From Gemmatimonadota bacterium (lineage in GTDB: Bacteria > Gemmatimonadota > Gemmatimonadetes > Longimicrobiales > Gaopeijiaceae): a stretch of DNA of 64,000 nt. The stretch lies in NCBI GenBank assembly GCA_034521595.1, contig JAXHMG010000003.1:736001-800000 (forward strand), read 5' to 3'. The translations under genes were made by a program, and so were the position numbers. Shown here one piece after another: positions 29,301 through 38,747 of the stretch (position 1 is its first letter; each line of letters opens with the position of its first letter). The notes below the pieces were generated by a model. The model saw nothing but the letters and a program-made list of their open reading frames with translations. It had not been told where the DNA came from and ran no database searches.

Positions 29301-30266
29301 ATGGACGACACGTACGGGAGAGGCCCGCTTCTCCTGCTCAGCGGCCGCGCGAATCACCCCCTGTCCGTGGAGATCGGTGAGCGGATCGGCAAGTCACCGG
29401 ACGGGGCCACGATCAAGAAGTTCGCGGACGGGGAGATCTTCGTCCGTATCGACCGCAACGCACGCGGCCGCGACGTGTTCATCATCCAGGCGATGAACTC
29501 TCCGGCCGAGAACATCCTGGAGCTGGTGCTCCTGATCGATGCGGCCAAGCGAGCGTCGGCAGCCAGGGTCACGGCGGTGATTCCCTACTTCGGCTACGGT
29601 CGGCAGGACCGTAAGGATCAGCCGCGGGTGGCGATCGGAGCCAAGCTCGTGGCGAATCTGATCGTGGCAGCCGGTGCGGATCGAGTGATCGCGATCGACT
29701 TCCACCAGCACCAGATTCAGGGCTTCTTCGATATCCCGGTGGACCATCTGTACGCGGCTCCGGTCATCACCCGATACTTCAAGGACCTGGGCCTGGAGAA
29801 CCTCGTCGTGGTCGCACCCGACGTGGGGTCTGCGAAGATGGCCCGGGGCTATGCCCGCCGACTCGGGGCGACCTTCGCGATCATCGACAAGCGGCGGCCG
29901 AAGCCGAACATGTCGGAGGTGTTGAACGTGGTCGGTGAGGTGGACGGGATGAACTGCCTCGTCGTCGACGATATGGTGGATACCGCCGGGACCCTGACCA
30001 ACGCGGTCCACGCGCTCAAGGATCGGGGCGCGGCTCGGGTGTACGCCGCCACGACACACCCGGTGTTGTCCGGTCCGGCGGTCGAGCGGTTGAGCCAAGC
30101 GCCACTCGAGGAGATGGTCGTGACCAACACGATCCACATCCCGGAGGAAAAGAGGTTCGAGAAGCTCAAGGTCCTCTCCGTGGCCGATCTCCTGTCGAAA
30201 GCCATCAATCACGTCCACCTGAACGAATCCGTAAGCCAGCTGTTCGAGGCGATTCCAGATAACTGA
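29301..30266 (+). CDS. prs: Ribose-phosphate pyrophosphokinase
   Basis: FADGEI, PYFGYGRQDRK, VAPDVG, IIDKRR, VDDMVDTAGT. Confidence 0.97.
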   Translation: MDDTYGRGPLLLLSGRANHPLSVEIGERIGKSPDGATIKKFADGEIFVRIDRNARGRDVFIIQAMNSPAENILELVLLIDAAKRASAARVTAVIPYFGYGRQDRKDQPRVAIGAKLVANLIVAAGADRVIAIDFHQHQIQGFFDIPVDHLYAAPVITRYFKDLGLENLVVVAPDVGSAKMARGYARRLGATFAIIDKRRPKPNMSEVLNVVGEVDGMNCLVVDDMVDTAGTLTNAVHALKDRGAARVYAATTHPVLSGPAVERLSQAPLEEMVVTNTIHIPEEKRFEKLKVLSVADLLSKAINHVHLNESVSQLFEAIPDN

Positions 30267-30316
30267 GGGAAAGGGCCTCGGGATGCCCGAGGGCCGACAA
30301 TCAGAGGAAGACACAC

Positions 30317-30997
30317 ATGAAGAACGTGAAGTTGAGCGCCGAGCGGCGCGACGAGACCGGGAAGAAGGTCGCGCGCAAGTTGCGCCAGAACGGAAAGATT
30401 CCGGCCGTGCTCTACGGGCGTGAGATGGACGCGCTCCATCTGGCCGTCGATGGTCACGAGGCCGAGCTCCTGTTTTACTCGATTCCCGTCGACAACACGA
30501 TCATCGAGCTGAAGGTCGAGGGAGAGAAGGAAACCTTTCAGACGCTGGTTCGTGAGATCCAGACCCATCCGTACCGGGACGATCTCGTGCACGTCGACTT
30601 CCTACGCATCCAGGCGGGCGTGATGGTCGACGTGAACGTGCCGCTCCACCTGGTCGGTGAGCCGTACGGGGTTCGGGAAAACGGCGGCGTGCTCGAACAG
30701 ACGATTCACGACCTGCCCATCAAGTGCATCCCGTCGGCGATTCCCGAGTCGATCGAGCTCGACGTCACGGAGCTCGATCTTCACGACGTGCTCCACGTTT
30801 CTGACCTGAAGGTCGGCGAGGGCGTCGAGATCCAGCTTCCGGCCGAGCGCACCGTCTGCTCCGTCGCCGTGCCGCGTGCGATCATCGAGGAAGAGGAGGA
30901 AGAGGAAGTCGACGAGGAGCTGCTCGAGCTGGAGGAAGGCGAAGAGCCGCCTGAAGGAGCCGAAGAGCCTGCCGACGACGAGCAAGACGAGGAGTAG
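30317..30997 (+). CDS. rplY: 50S ribosomal protein L25/Ctc
   Basis: GKIPAVLYG, EIQTHP, HVDFLRI, C-terminal CTC domain, acidic tail. Confidence 0.96.
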   Translation: MKNVKLSAERRDETGKKVARKLRQNGKIPAVLYGREMDALHLAVDGHEAELLFYSIPVDNTIIELKVEGEKETFQTLVREIQTHPYRDDLVHVDFLRIQAGVMVDVNVPLHLVGEPYGVRENGGVLEQTIHDLPIKCIPSAIPESIELDVTELDLHDVLHVSDLKVGEGVEIQLPAERTVCSVAVPRAIIEEEEEEEVDEELLELEEGEEPPEGAEEPADDEQDEE

Positions 30998-31033
30998 GGG
31001 TCGGGCTGCGCTCGACTCACTACCGCTCGCGGC

Positions 31034-31597
31034 GTGAAGGTCGTGCTCGGGTTGGGCAATCCCGGCCCGCGATACGATGCGACCCGGCACAACGTCGGGT
31101 GGTGGTTGGCCGACCGGCTGGCGTATGATTGGGACCTGCCGCCGTTCGAGCGCTCCGGTCCCGCGCTGGTGACGGAAGGGCGTGTCGGCGAGGTGTCGGT
31201 GCGACTCGTGAAGCCCACGACATACATGAACCGGAGCGGAGCGGCCATGCGCGCGTTGGACGACTTGGAGGACTTCGAGCCGTCGCGGGATCTCCTGGTC
31301 GTGGTGGACGACGCGGCGCTCGATGTGGGACGCGTGCGCTTGCGGCCCTCGGGGAGCACCGGAGGACACAATGGGCTGAAGTCGGTCTCGGGCGCGCTCG
31401 GATCGGACGCCTACGCCCGGCTCCGGATCGGGATCGGCAAGCGCCCCAGTGGCGTGGAGCTGGCCGATTGGGTGCTCGCGCCGATGCCCGAGGAAGACGA
31501 AGATGTCGTGCTGGCGCTGCTCCCGGACTTGACACGAGCCGTGGAAGCGTGGATGACGGAGGGAGTCGAAGCGGCCATGAACCGCTTCAACCGCTGA
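31034..31597 (+). CDS. pth: Peptidyl-tRNA hydrolase
   Basis: [38 protein letters not shown]. Confidence 0.97.
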   Translation: MKVVLGLGNPGPRYDATRHNVGWWLADRLAYDWDLPPFERSGPALVTEGRVGEVSVRLVKPTTYMNRSGAAMRALDDLEDFEPSRDLLVVVDDAALDVGRVRLRPSGSTGGHNGLKSVSGALGSDAYARLRIGIGKRPSGVELADWVLAPMPEEDEDVVLALLPDLTRAVEAWMTEGVEAAMNRFNR

Positions 31598-31682
31598 CGG
31601 GACGAGCGGATGTGTCGGCGTCCCGGCAGGATTGTCGAACCATCGATTCCAACACCCGGACGAACAGGGGAAGACTGATCCC

Positions 31683-33809
31683 ATGATCGACCTCGTCGCA
31701 ATCACCAACTGGGCCTGGGTTCTCGGTGCCGTCGGCTTGGCCGTGGCCCTCGTGATCTACAGGTACGTGAAGAAGCAGCCGTCCGGATCGGAGCTCATGG
31801 TCGATCTCGGTGACCAGATCCACGACGGTGCCATGGCGTTCCTCCGCCGCGAGTACTCCGCGTTGGCCGTGTTCGTGGCCGTGGTGGCGGTGCTTCTCAG
31901 CTTGGCGATCGGCACGTTGCCGGCCATCGCCTACGTCTTCGGTTCGTTCGCATCGGTCGCGGCCGGGTTCATCGGGATGAAGGCCGCGACCCGCGCGAAT
32001 TCCCGCACCTCCGCGGCGGCGAACACCGAGGGCCAGGGAAAGGCGCTGCGGATCGCGTTCTTCGGGGGTGCGGTCATGGGCCTCGCCGTCGCGGCCCTCG
32101 GGCTCCTGGGGCTGGGTGTGCTCTACGTCCTCTACGCATCCAACGCGACCGTCGGCGCGGACTTCGAGAACTTCGCCGAGATCGTCTCCGGCTTCGCGAT
32201 GGGGGCGAGCACGATCGCGCTGTTCGCCCGTGTCGGCGGCGGGATCTACACCAAGGCGGCGGATGTCGGGGCGGACCTCGTCGGGAAGGTCGAAGCCGGC
32301 ATTCCGGAGGACGATCCCCGCAACCCCGCGACCATCGCCGACAACGTCGGAGACAACGTGGGCGACGTGGCCGGCATGGGCGCCGACATCTTCGAGTCCT
32401 ACGTGGGGTCCATCGTGGCGACGATCGCGATCGCGGCCACCGCGCCGGTTCTCGTGTCGCACCGCGCGGAGGCCGTCGCGCTTCCGATCCTCACGGTCTT
32501 GTTCGGCCTCCTGGCTTCGCTCCTGGCCATCGGGATGATGAAGCTCTTCGAGCGAAGCAACCCGGCGGCAGCGCTCCGCAACGTGACCTTCATCGCAGCG
32601 GGCCTGTTTCTCGCCGTCATGTTCCTCGTCGTGCAGTCGCTCGGCATCACGTTCACCGACACGGAGACCGGCCGTAGTTACGCGACGATCGGTCCATGGA
32701 TCGCCATCCTCGCCGGCACGTTGGTGGGCATCATGATCGGGTTGGCCACCGAGTACTACACCGCGTTCGGCCCGATCAAGAAGATCGCGGATTCGAGTGA
32801 GACGGGCGCGGCGACCAACATCATCACCGGGCTCGCCGTCGGGATGGAATCCACCGTCATTCCCGTCATCCTCATCTGTGTCGCCATCGGCGTATCGTTC
32901 TTCTTCGCCGGGTTGTACGGGATCGGTATCGCCGCCGTGGGAATGCTGGCCACGGTGGGTGTGACGATGTCGGTGGACGCGTACGGCCCGATCGCCGACA
33001 ACGCGGGCGGTATCAGCGAGATGGCCGGCCTCGGGCCGGAGACCCGCGAGATCACGGACTCCCTCGACGCCATCGGGAACACCACCGCGGCCATCGGAAA
33101 GGGCTTCGCGATCGGCTCGGCCGCGCTGACGGCGCTCGCCCTCTTCTCGGCCTACTCGTCGAAGGTGGGCTTGCAGGCGGCCGGGATCGATATCGTCGAT
33201 CCGGTCGTGGTGGTCGGGCTGTTCCTCGGAGGCGCGTTGCCGTTCTTCGTGGCCGCGCTCACGATGACGGCGGTCGGTCGGGCCGCGGCGGGCATGGTGG
33301 ACGAGGTCCGTCGGCAGTTCCGGGAGGTCCCGGGCATCATGGACGGCTCGGTCAAGCCGGATTCGGCCCGGTGCGTGGATATCTCGACTCGGGCGGCGCT
33401 GCGCGAGATGATCCTTCCGGGGGTCACGGCGGTGTTCGCCCCCGTGGTCGTCGGCTACGTGCTGGGTGTGGAGGCGCTGGGCGGCCTGCTGGCCGGCGCC
33501 ACGGTGACGGGCGTGCTCATGGCGCTCTTCATGGCGAACTCCGGGGGGGCGTGGGACAACGCCAAGAAGTACATCGAGGGAGGTGCGCACGGCGGTAAGG
33601 GCTCCGAGGCCCACAAGGCCGCCGTGGTCGGGGATACCGTCGGAGACCCGTTCAAGGACACGTCGGGGCCGTCCCTGAATATCCTGATCAAGCTCATGAG
33701 CGTGGTGTCGCTCGTGCTGGCGCCGTGGTTCGCACGGGTTCACGGTATCGAAGTGGACCCGGACGCCACGTCCTGGCTGACTCACCTCGTCGACACCCTC
33801 TTCGGCTAA
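31683..33809 (+). CDS. hppA: Membrane-bound cation-translocating pyrophosphatase (K+-dependent type)
   Basis: [52 protein letters not shown]. Confidence 0.97.
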   Translation: MIDLVAITNWAWVLGAVGLAVALVIYRYVKKQPSGSELMVDLGDQIHDGAMAFLRREYSALAVFVAVVAVLLSLAIGTLPAIAYVFGSFASVAAGFIGMKAATRANSRTSAAANTEGQGKALRIAFFGGAVMGLAVAALGLLGLGVLYVLYASNATVGADFENFAEIVSGFAMGASTIALFARVGGGIYTKAADVGADLVGKVEAGIPEDDPRNPATIADNVGDNVGDVAGMGADIFESYVGSIVATIAIAATAPVLVSHRAEAVALPILTVLFGLLASLLAIGMMKLFERSNPAAALRNVTFIAAGLFLAVMFLVVQSLGITFTDTETGRSYATIGPWIAILAGTLVGIMIGLATEYYTAFGPIKKIADSSETGAATNIITGLAVGMESTVIPVILICVAIGVSFFFAGLYGIGIAAVGMLATVGVTMSVDAYGPIADNAGGISEMAGLGPETREITDSLDAIGNTTAAIGKGFAIGSAALTALALFSAYSSKVGLQAAGIDIVDPVVVVGLFLGGALPFFVAALTMTAVGRAAAGMVDEVRRQFREVPGIMDGSVKPDSARCVDISTRAALREMILPGVTAVFAPVVVGYVLGVEALGGLLAGATVTGVLMALFMANSGGAWDNAKKYIEGGAHGGKGSEAHKAAVVGDTVGDPFKDTSGPSLNILIKLMSVVSLVLAPWFARVHGIEVDPDATSWLTHLVDTLFG

Positions 33810-33849
33810 GAGGGGTGCTCACGGCCGGCACGGTACGGATGGACGTCGC

Positions 33850-35055
33850 ATGACACGGAAAGAGCCGTCCTTCGAGAACGCCCTGACGTTCGCCGCGGAC
33901 CTCATCCGAACCCCGGGCCTGTCCGGGGACGAAGGACGCGTCGCCGAGCGCGTGGAGAATGAGATGCGGGCGCTCGGCCTCGAGCGGGTGCGGATCGACG
34001 ATGTCGGAAACGTCATCGGCGTCGTGCCGGGCTCGGGGGCGGGACCTCCCATTCTCCTGGCGAGCCATCTCGACGTGGTCGCCGAAGGGGACCATGCCGA
34101 GTGGGAGGTCCCGCCGTTCTCGGGGACCGTGGAAGGCGGGTACCTGCACGGCCGAGGCGCGATGGACATCAAGGGGCCTCTCGCGGTTCAGACCTATGCT
34201 GCCGCATCCATGATCGGACGGGCGGCGGGGGACGTTGTGGTGGCCCATACCGTGCTCGAAGAGCAGGGTGGCCTGGGGATGAAAGCGTTGCTGGAGTCGG
34301 AAACCGTCGATCCCGCGTGGGTGGTGATCGGCGAAGCGACGCATGGCGACATCTGCATCGGACACCGGGGCCGGGCGGAGGTCGAAGTCCACATCCGTGG
34401 GAAGGCAGGGCACGCGAGCGAGCCGTCGCGCGCGCGAAACGCCCTGGACCTCCTCGGGGATGTCTTGGCGGCGATCCGGGCTCTGGACGAAGATCAGCCG
34501 GCGGATCCGGTGTTGGGCTCGTCCACGGCCGTCGCCACGACCGTCGATGTCGCGCCGGAGACGCGCAACGTGATCCCGGACCGTGTGCTCGTCGCAGTGG
34601 ACTGGCGGATCTTGCCCGGCGATTCCTCGGAGAGCCTGATCGAGCGTCTCGGGGCCGCGATCCGACGCCGCATGCCCGAGGTGCCGGACGGGTGGTCGGT
34701 CGACGTGAGGATCGCGTCCGTGCATCAGCGCACGTATACGGGTTTCGAGCGCGCCCGGGAGATGTACAGCCCGGGCTTCCTGATGGACCCCGAAGATCCG
34801 GCCGTGCAGGCAGCTGCTGCCGCGGTCGGTCGGCGTGACGGGTCCGATGTCCCCGCACGGGTCCGCCCATGGCGCTTCGCCACGGACGGGGGTTGGACGC
34901 GTGGCGTCCACGGAATCCCCACCATCGGCTTCGCACCCGGCGAAGAACACTTCGCCCATACCAACCGGGAACGTATCTCGGTGGACGAGTTCCGGTGGGC
35001 CCTCGAGCGCTATCCACGTCTCGTGGAGGCACTCCAGGGAGCGGGGTCGCCCTGA
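33850..35055 (+). CDS. M20/M25/M40 family metallo-hydrolase (ArgE/DapE/YgeY-like)
   Basis: SHLDVV, GRGAMDIKG, LEEQGG, IGEAT, AHTNRE. Confidence 0.88.
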   Translation: MTRKEPSFENALTFAADLIRTPGLSGDEGRVAERVENEMRALGLERVRIDDVGNVIGVVPGSGAGPPILLASHLDVVAEGDHAEWEVPPFSGTVEGGYLHGRGAMDIKGPLAVQTYAAASMIGRAAGDVVVAHTVLEEQGGLGMKALLESETVDPAWVVIGEATHGDICIGHRGRAEVEVHIRGKAGHASEPSRARNALDLLGDVLAAIRALDEDQPADPVLGSSTAVATTVDVAPETRNVIPDRVLVAVDWRILPGDSSESLIERLGAAIRRRMPEVPDGWSVDVRIASVHQRTYTGFERAREMYSPGFLMDPEDPAVQAAAAAVGRRDGSDVPARVRPWRFATDGGWTRGVHGIPTIGFAPGEEHFAHTNRERISVDEFRWALERYPRLVEALQGAGSP

Positions 35056-35138
35056 CCGGAGGACCGTGGCGCCTACCGAACCGGACGTCGTTCCGCTAGC
35101 TTGGCATGCACGCGCATTCGCGTGAAATCATTGTCCCG

Positions 35139-35217
35139 CCCCGTCCGGTCGCCTCCGCCGCAGGAGGAACCTGTGATGACGGGGCCCGTCACTCAATCAC
35201 GGACCGAGGGAACGAAG
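35139..35217 (+). promoter_or_regulatory. Structured leader of rpsF, candidate S6:S18 autoregulatory element
   Basis: Nested pairings CGGTC/GACCG, CCTCC/GGAGG, GTGA/TCAC, TGACGG/CCGTCA immediately before the RBS. Confidence 0.45.
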
Positions 35218-35838
35218 ATGCGGCTCTACGAGGTTGTGTACATCCTCGACCCGGCGCTCGACGAGAGCGCCGTAACCGCTAAGCTCGACAAGTTTCACGA
35301 GCTCGCGACGGCCCGCGGCGGAGAGTTGGAATCCGTCGATCACTGGGGTGTTCGCCAGTTGGCGTATCCGGTGAGCAACCTGAACCAGGGTTACTACGTC
35401 GTTGCGCAGTTCAAGGCGGAGCCGGAGGCCCTTCCCGAGTTCGAGCGGATCGTCAAGCTCGACGGGGAAGTGCTCCGTTACCTGTTGGTCCTCAACGAAG
35501 GGGAGCCGACGAACGGTCAGTCGATCATGGCGGAAGTGCATCACGCCGCTGGCGAAGAGGACGAGGACGAGGAGGAGGGCGAGGAGGAAGACGACGACGG
35601 TACGGCACCGCCCGAGTTCCAGGGTGGCGGTGGCCGCCGCCGCATGGAGGGACCGCCGGTTCTGCTCCTGAACTACAAGGACGTCGGGACGCTGTCTCGC
35701 TTTCTCACGGAACAAGGCAAGATCCTGCCCAAGCGGACCACCAAGGTGACGGCGCAGTTCCAGCGGCAGCTCGGACGCGCGGTCAAGCGCGCCCGGTATC
35801 TGGCCCTGATTCCTTACACACGGCGACAAGAGGGCTGA
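35218..35838 (+). CDS. rpsF-rpsR: Fused 30S ribosomal proteins S6 and S18 (single ORF)
   Basis: S6: [29 protein letters not shown]; acidic linker; S18: [43 protein letters not shown]; no stop between; alternative upstream start 35173/35176. Confidence 0.93.
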   Translation: MRLYEVVYILDPALDESAVTAKLDKFHELATARGGELESVDHWGVRQLAYPVSNLNQGYYVVAQFKAEPEALPEFERIVKLDGEVLRYLLVLNEGEPTNGQSIMAEVHHAAGEEDEDEEEGEEEDDDGTAPPEFQGGGGRRRMEGPPVLLLNYKDVGTLSRFLTEQGKILPKRTTKVTAQFQRQLGRAVKRARYLALIPYTRRQEG

Positions 35839-35842
35839 CTTC

Positions 35843-36787
35843 GTGGACCGGCCGCTTCCGACGGAGTCGGATGAGCGCACGGGTCGGGGGTGGCCACGTG
35901 TGGCCGGGCTTTTCGGTGTCACGATGGCGGCGTCGGTCGTGCAGCCGAGCGTGCTCATCGCCGTGCCGTTTCTCCTCCTCGCCGCGGTACGCGGCTTGAA
36001 GGGAGCCGGACTCTTCGTCGGGGCCGTGGTTGCGATGATTCTCGCGATCTCGGGCCCCCAGGACGGCTTCTGGTTCTTGGAGCGTGCGTGGGCCGTGCTC
36101 CTGGGTGGTTGGTTCGTGGCCGTCAGCATGGCGATGCCCCGGTGGCCGCTGTCGACCAAGCTGTTGACTTCGGTCGCGGGCGCGTTCGTGGTGACCGCCG
36201 CGATGCTGGCGGCCCGCAGCGGGGCATGGGAGACGGTCGATTGGGCCATCACCAACGCGGTGGAGGGCGGTATCGCGACCACGCTCCAGGCGTTGGAGTT
36301 GCTCCGGGGCGGAGACGCGATCTCTCCGGCGTTGGCCACGGCGATTCACCAGACGGCCCGTGCCCAGACCAGCGTGTTCCCCGCGTTGATGGGGATCGCG
36401 TCGATGGCTGGCCTCGCCGTGGCATGGTGGGTTTACACCAGGCTACGGGGTGAGGGGGACCAGGCCATCGGGCCGGTCCGGAATTTTCGGTTCAACGACC
36501 ACTTGGTGTGGCTCATGATCGTGGGCCTACTCCTGGTGGTCACACGTTGGGGTGACGCGCTGGCGCGCGTCGGTTCGAACGCCGTCGTGTTCATGGGGGC
36601 GTTGTACGCGCTCCGGGGCTCAGCGGTGTTCATGTTCATTAGTGGAGGCCTGTCATTGTTCGGTTACGTGCTCCTCGCTTTGGCCCTCGTCCTTGCGGCT
36701 CCCGTCGTCGTGGGTGTTGCCATGGTCGTGGGAATAGGGGATACGTGGCTGGACGTGCGCGCACGTCTGCGCGAAACGGCCGCTTGA
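35843..36787 (+). CDS. DUF2232/YybS-family membrane protein
   Basis: Multi-TM, FRFNDHLVW, GIGDTWLDVR; usual position between rpsR and rplI. Confidence 0.8.
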   Translation: MDRPLPTESDERTGRGWPRVAGLFGVTMAASVVQPSVLIAVPFLLLAAVRGLKGAGLFVGAVVAMILAISGPQDGFWFLERAWAVLLGGWFVAVSMAMPRWPLSTKLLTSVAGAFVVTAAMLAARSGAWETVDWAITNAVEGGIATTLQALELLRGGDAISPALATAIHQTARAQTSVFPALMGIASMAGLAVAWWVYTRLRGEGDQAIGPVRNFRFNDHLVWLMIVGLLLVVTRWGDALARVGSNAVVFMGALYALRGSAVFMFISGGLSLFGYVLLALALVLAAPVVVGVAMVVGIGDTWLDVRARLRETAA

Positions 36788-36809
36788 CGGATCCATGGTC
36801 GGAGGAACG

Positions 36810-37265
36810 ATGAAGCTCATTCTGAAGGAAGACGTCCCGAACCTGGGCGAAACCGGTGAAGTAGTGGAGGTCAAGCCGGGCTACGGACGCAACTATCTGA
36901 TTCCGCAGGACCTGGCCTACGTGGCCAGCGAGGTCAACATGAAGCGGCTCGAGGAGGAACGAGCACGCGCCGAGGAACGGGCGCGTCGCGATTTCCTCGA
37001 AGCCCGCCGCCGCGCTTCGCAGATCGAGGGAATGTCCCTGACGTTCGGAGAACGGGCGAGCGAAGACGGGAAGCTGTTCGGCTCGGTCTCCGTTGCCGAC
37101 GTCGTGGAGCGCGCGAACGTGAGCGGACTCGACTTCGAGCTGGAGAAGCGCAATATCCTTCTCGACGAGCCGCTCAAGTCCGTGGGGGTGTTTCCCGTCG
37201 GCGTGCGCCTTCACCCCGAAGTCGAGGTGGAGCTCGAGGTCCGCGTGGAGCGGGAGAACGACTGA
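36810..37265 (+). CDS. rplI: 50S ribosomal protein L9
   Basis: MKLILKEDV.NLG..G.VVEVKPGYGRNYLIP, GKLFGSV, RLHPEV; SD GGAGG. Confidence 0.97.
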   Translation: MKLILKEDVPNLGETGEVVEVKPGYGRNYLIPQDLAYVASEVNMKRLEEERARAEERARRDFLEARRRASQIEGMSLTFGERASEDGKLFGSVSVADVVERANVSGLDFELEKRNILLDEPLKSVGVFPVGVRLHPEVEVELEVRVEREND

Positions 37266-37291
37266 TCGGTAACAAGGACGCCGCGGGGGCG

Positions 37292-37645
37292 ATGCCGTCC
37301 GACTTTCCCCGCGAGGTCGGTCGGTCGGTCGCACTGGCCCTCGAACGGAGAGCGCAGGACGTCACGGTCTTGGACCTCCAGGGCATCTCGTCCGCTACGG
37401 ACTATTTCGTCATCGCCAGCGGCACCTCCGACGTTCAGGTCAAGGCGATCGCGGAGCACGTGGTCGAAGAGCTCAAAAAGGACGGTGTACGCGTGGAGCA
37501 TGCCGAAGGCATGAACGGCGGACGCTGGGTGCTACTCGACTACATCGACTTCGTGGTGCACGTTTTCCATCCACAGGCGCGTGCCTTCTACCAGTTGGAA
37601 AATCTCTGGGGCGACGCGCCCCGCTGGGACGCACCGGCCGCCTGA
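37292..37645 (+). CDS. rsfS: Ribosome silencing factor
   Basis: DYFVIASG, WVLLDYIDFVVHVF, RAFYQLENLW. Confidence 0.95.
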   Translation: MPSDFPREVGRSVALALERRAQDVTVLDLQGISSATDYFVIASGTSDVQVKAIAEHVVEELKKDGVRVEHAEGMNGGRWVLLDYIDFVVHVFHPQARAFYQLENLWGDAPRWDAPAA

Positions 37646-37727
37646 GCGCGACTTCGGCGGTGGGTCGTTTGCCCGACCCGACTCACCGGCCTAATGTTAG
37701 CCCGTTTCCTCCAGCCATCGTCGAGCT

Positions 37728-38747
37728 TTGATCGTCGAACTTCCTGAATGGCAAGCGTTCGCGCACGGAGCGGACTTCTGGCACCCGGACGCGTCCGAGG
37801 CGGGCCGAGTCGTCACCGTCGTGGCTCCATCCGTGACGGATCGTGACCGGTGGTCCGCGGAGCTTCTCCTGGACCTTCTCGACGAATGGAGCGAGGGGGG
37901 ACACAAGGTGATGCTGGTCGACGGCGTCTTCGAGCATCCCGCCTTGCATCGCGCGGTAGCCCTGACCAACGAGGAAGGGGCTTCGGACGCGGTCCTTTTC
38001 GGCGCGTCCGTCTCTCGAGTCGCGCGGGCCGTCCCGGACAGATCGTTCTATTTCATGGGTACCGGATCCCCGACCGGCGACCCCGGAGCGATCGCGGCGA
38101 GCCCGCGGTGGAGTCGATTGCAGCAGGGTTTCCGCGACGCCGGGGTGACCTTCGTGGTCTTCATGCGGGAGGGGTGTGCCGGTGAGGCGGAGTTCATCCG
38201 TGAGGCGGACGACATCGTGGTGTTGGCCGAGAGCCGTGACGCAGTGCCGGCGAGCGTGTCGGCGGTCGCGACGAAGGTGCGTTCGCTGGTCGGGCCGGCG
38301 TCGGACGGGACGACCTCGGACGGGCACGAAAGTGAGGTGCTGACCGAGCCGGGTGAGGCGACGTACGAGGAATTGCTCGACCCCCTCGACGACTTGTCTG
38401 GACGCGAGGGTGACGGGGTGGGGAGTTATGGACGCCACGAAGGGGCTCTCGAGGAGGCTCATGCCGTCCAGGAGCAGCCCGTGATGGACTTGAGTGGTGA
38501 GATGCCCGCCGGCACGCAAGCTGCGGCGCCCGAGGCGGCCGAGATGGAGGGCGGTGCAGGAGAAAGCGAGAATGAGCACGGCGGGAGGGCCCACCAAAGC
38601 GAGCGCGAGCCCCGCGCGGTAGGCGCCGGGCGCGCCGTGCAGGGCGCGGGGGCGGACCCCAACGCCCGCAAGAAGCTGCTTTGGGTGGCGCTCGGCGTGG
38701 TCGTGCTGGTGCTCATCGTGGTGTTGGGGGCGCTGCGGCCGGAATGA
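37728..38747 (+). CDS. Hypothetical protein: degenerate MinD/BY-kinase-like domain, acidic linker, C-terminal TM anchor
   Basis: GHKVMLVDG...PALH...EGASDAV...FYFMGTG; no GxGK[ST]; KKLLWVALGVVVLVLIVVLG; ATGA overlap with smc; TTG start uncertain. Confidence 0.65.
   Translation: MIVELPEWQAFAHGADFWHPDASEAGRVVTVVAPSVTDRDRWSAELLLDLLDEWSEGGHKVMLVDGVFEHPALHRAVALTNEEGASDAVLFGASVSRVARAVPDRSFYFMGTGSPTGDPGAIAASPRWSRLQQGFRDAGVTFVVFMREGCAGEAEFIREADDIVVLAESRDAVPASVSAVATKVRSLVGPASDGTTSDGHESEVLTEPGEATYEELLDPLDDLSGREGDGVGSYGRHEGALEEAHAVQEQPVMDLSGEMPAGTQAAAPEAAEMEGGAGESENEHGGRAHQSEREPRAVGAGRAVQGAGADPNARKKLLWVALGVVVLVLIVVLGALRPE

Noticed and set aside
30888-30994. GAG/GAA-rich low-complexity stretch
   Set aside because: Encodes the ordinary acidic tail of L25; not a repeat element.
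31587-33785. 732-aa minus-strand ORF, and many similar Arg/Pro/Gly-rich ORFs in the track
   Set aside because: Shadow of hppA; the same applies to other alternate-frame ORFs over recognised genes.
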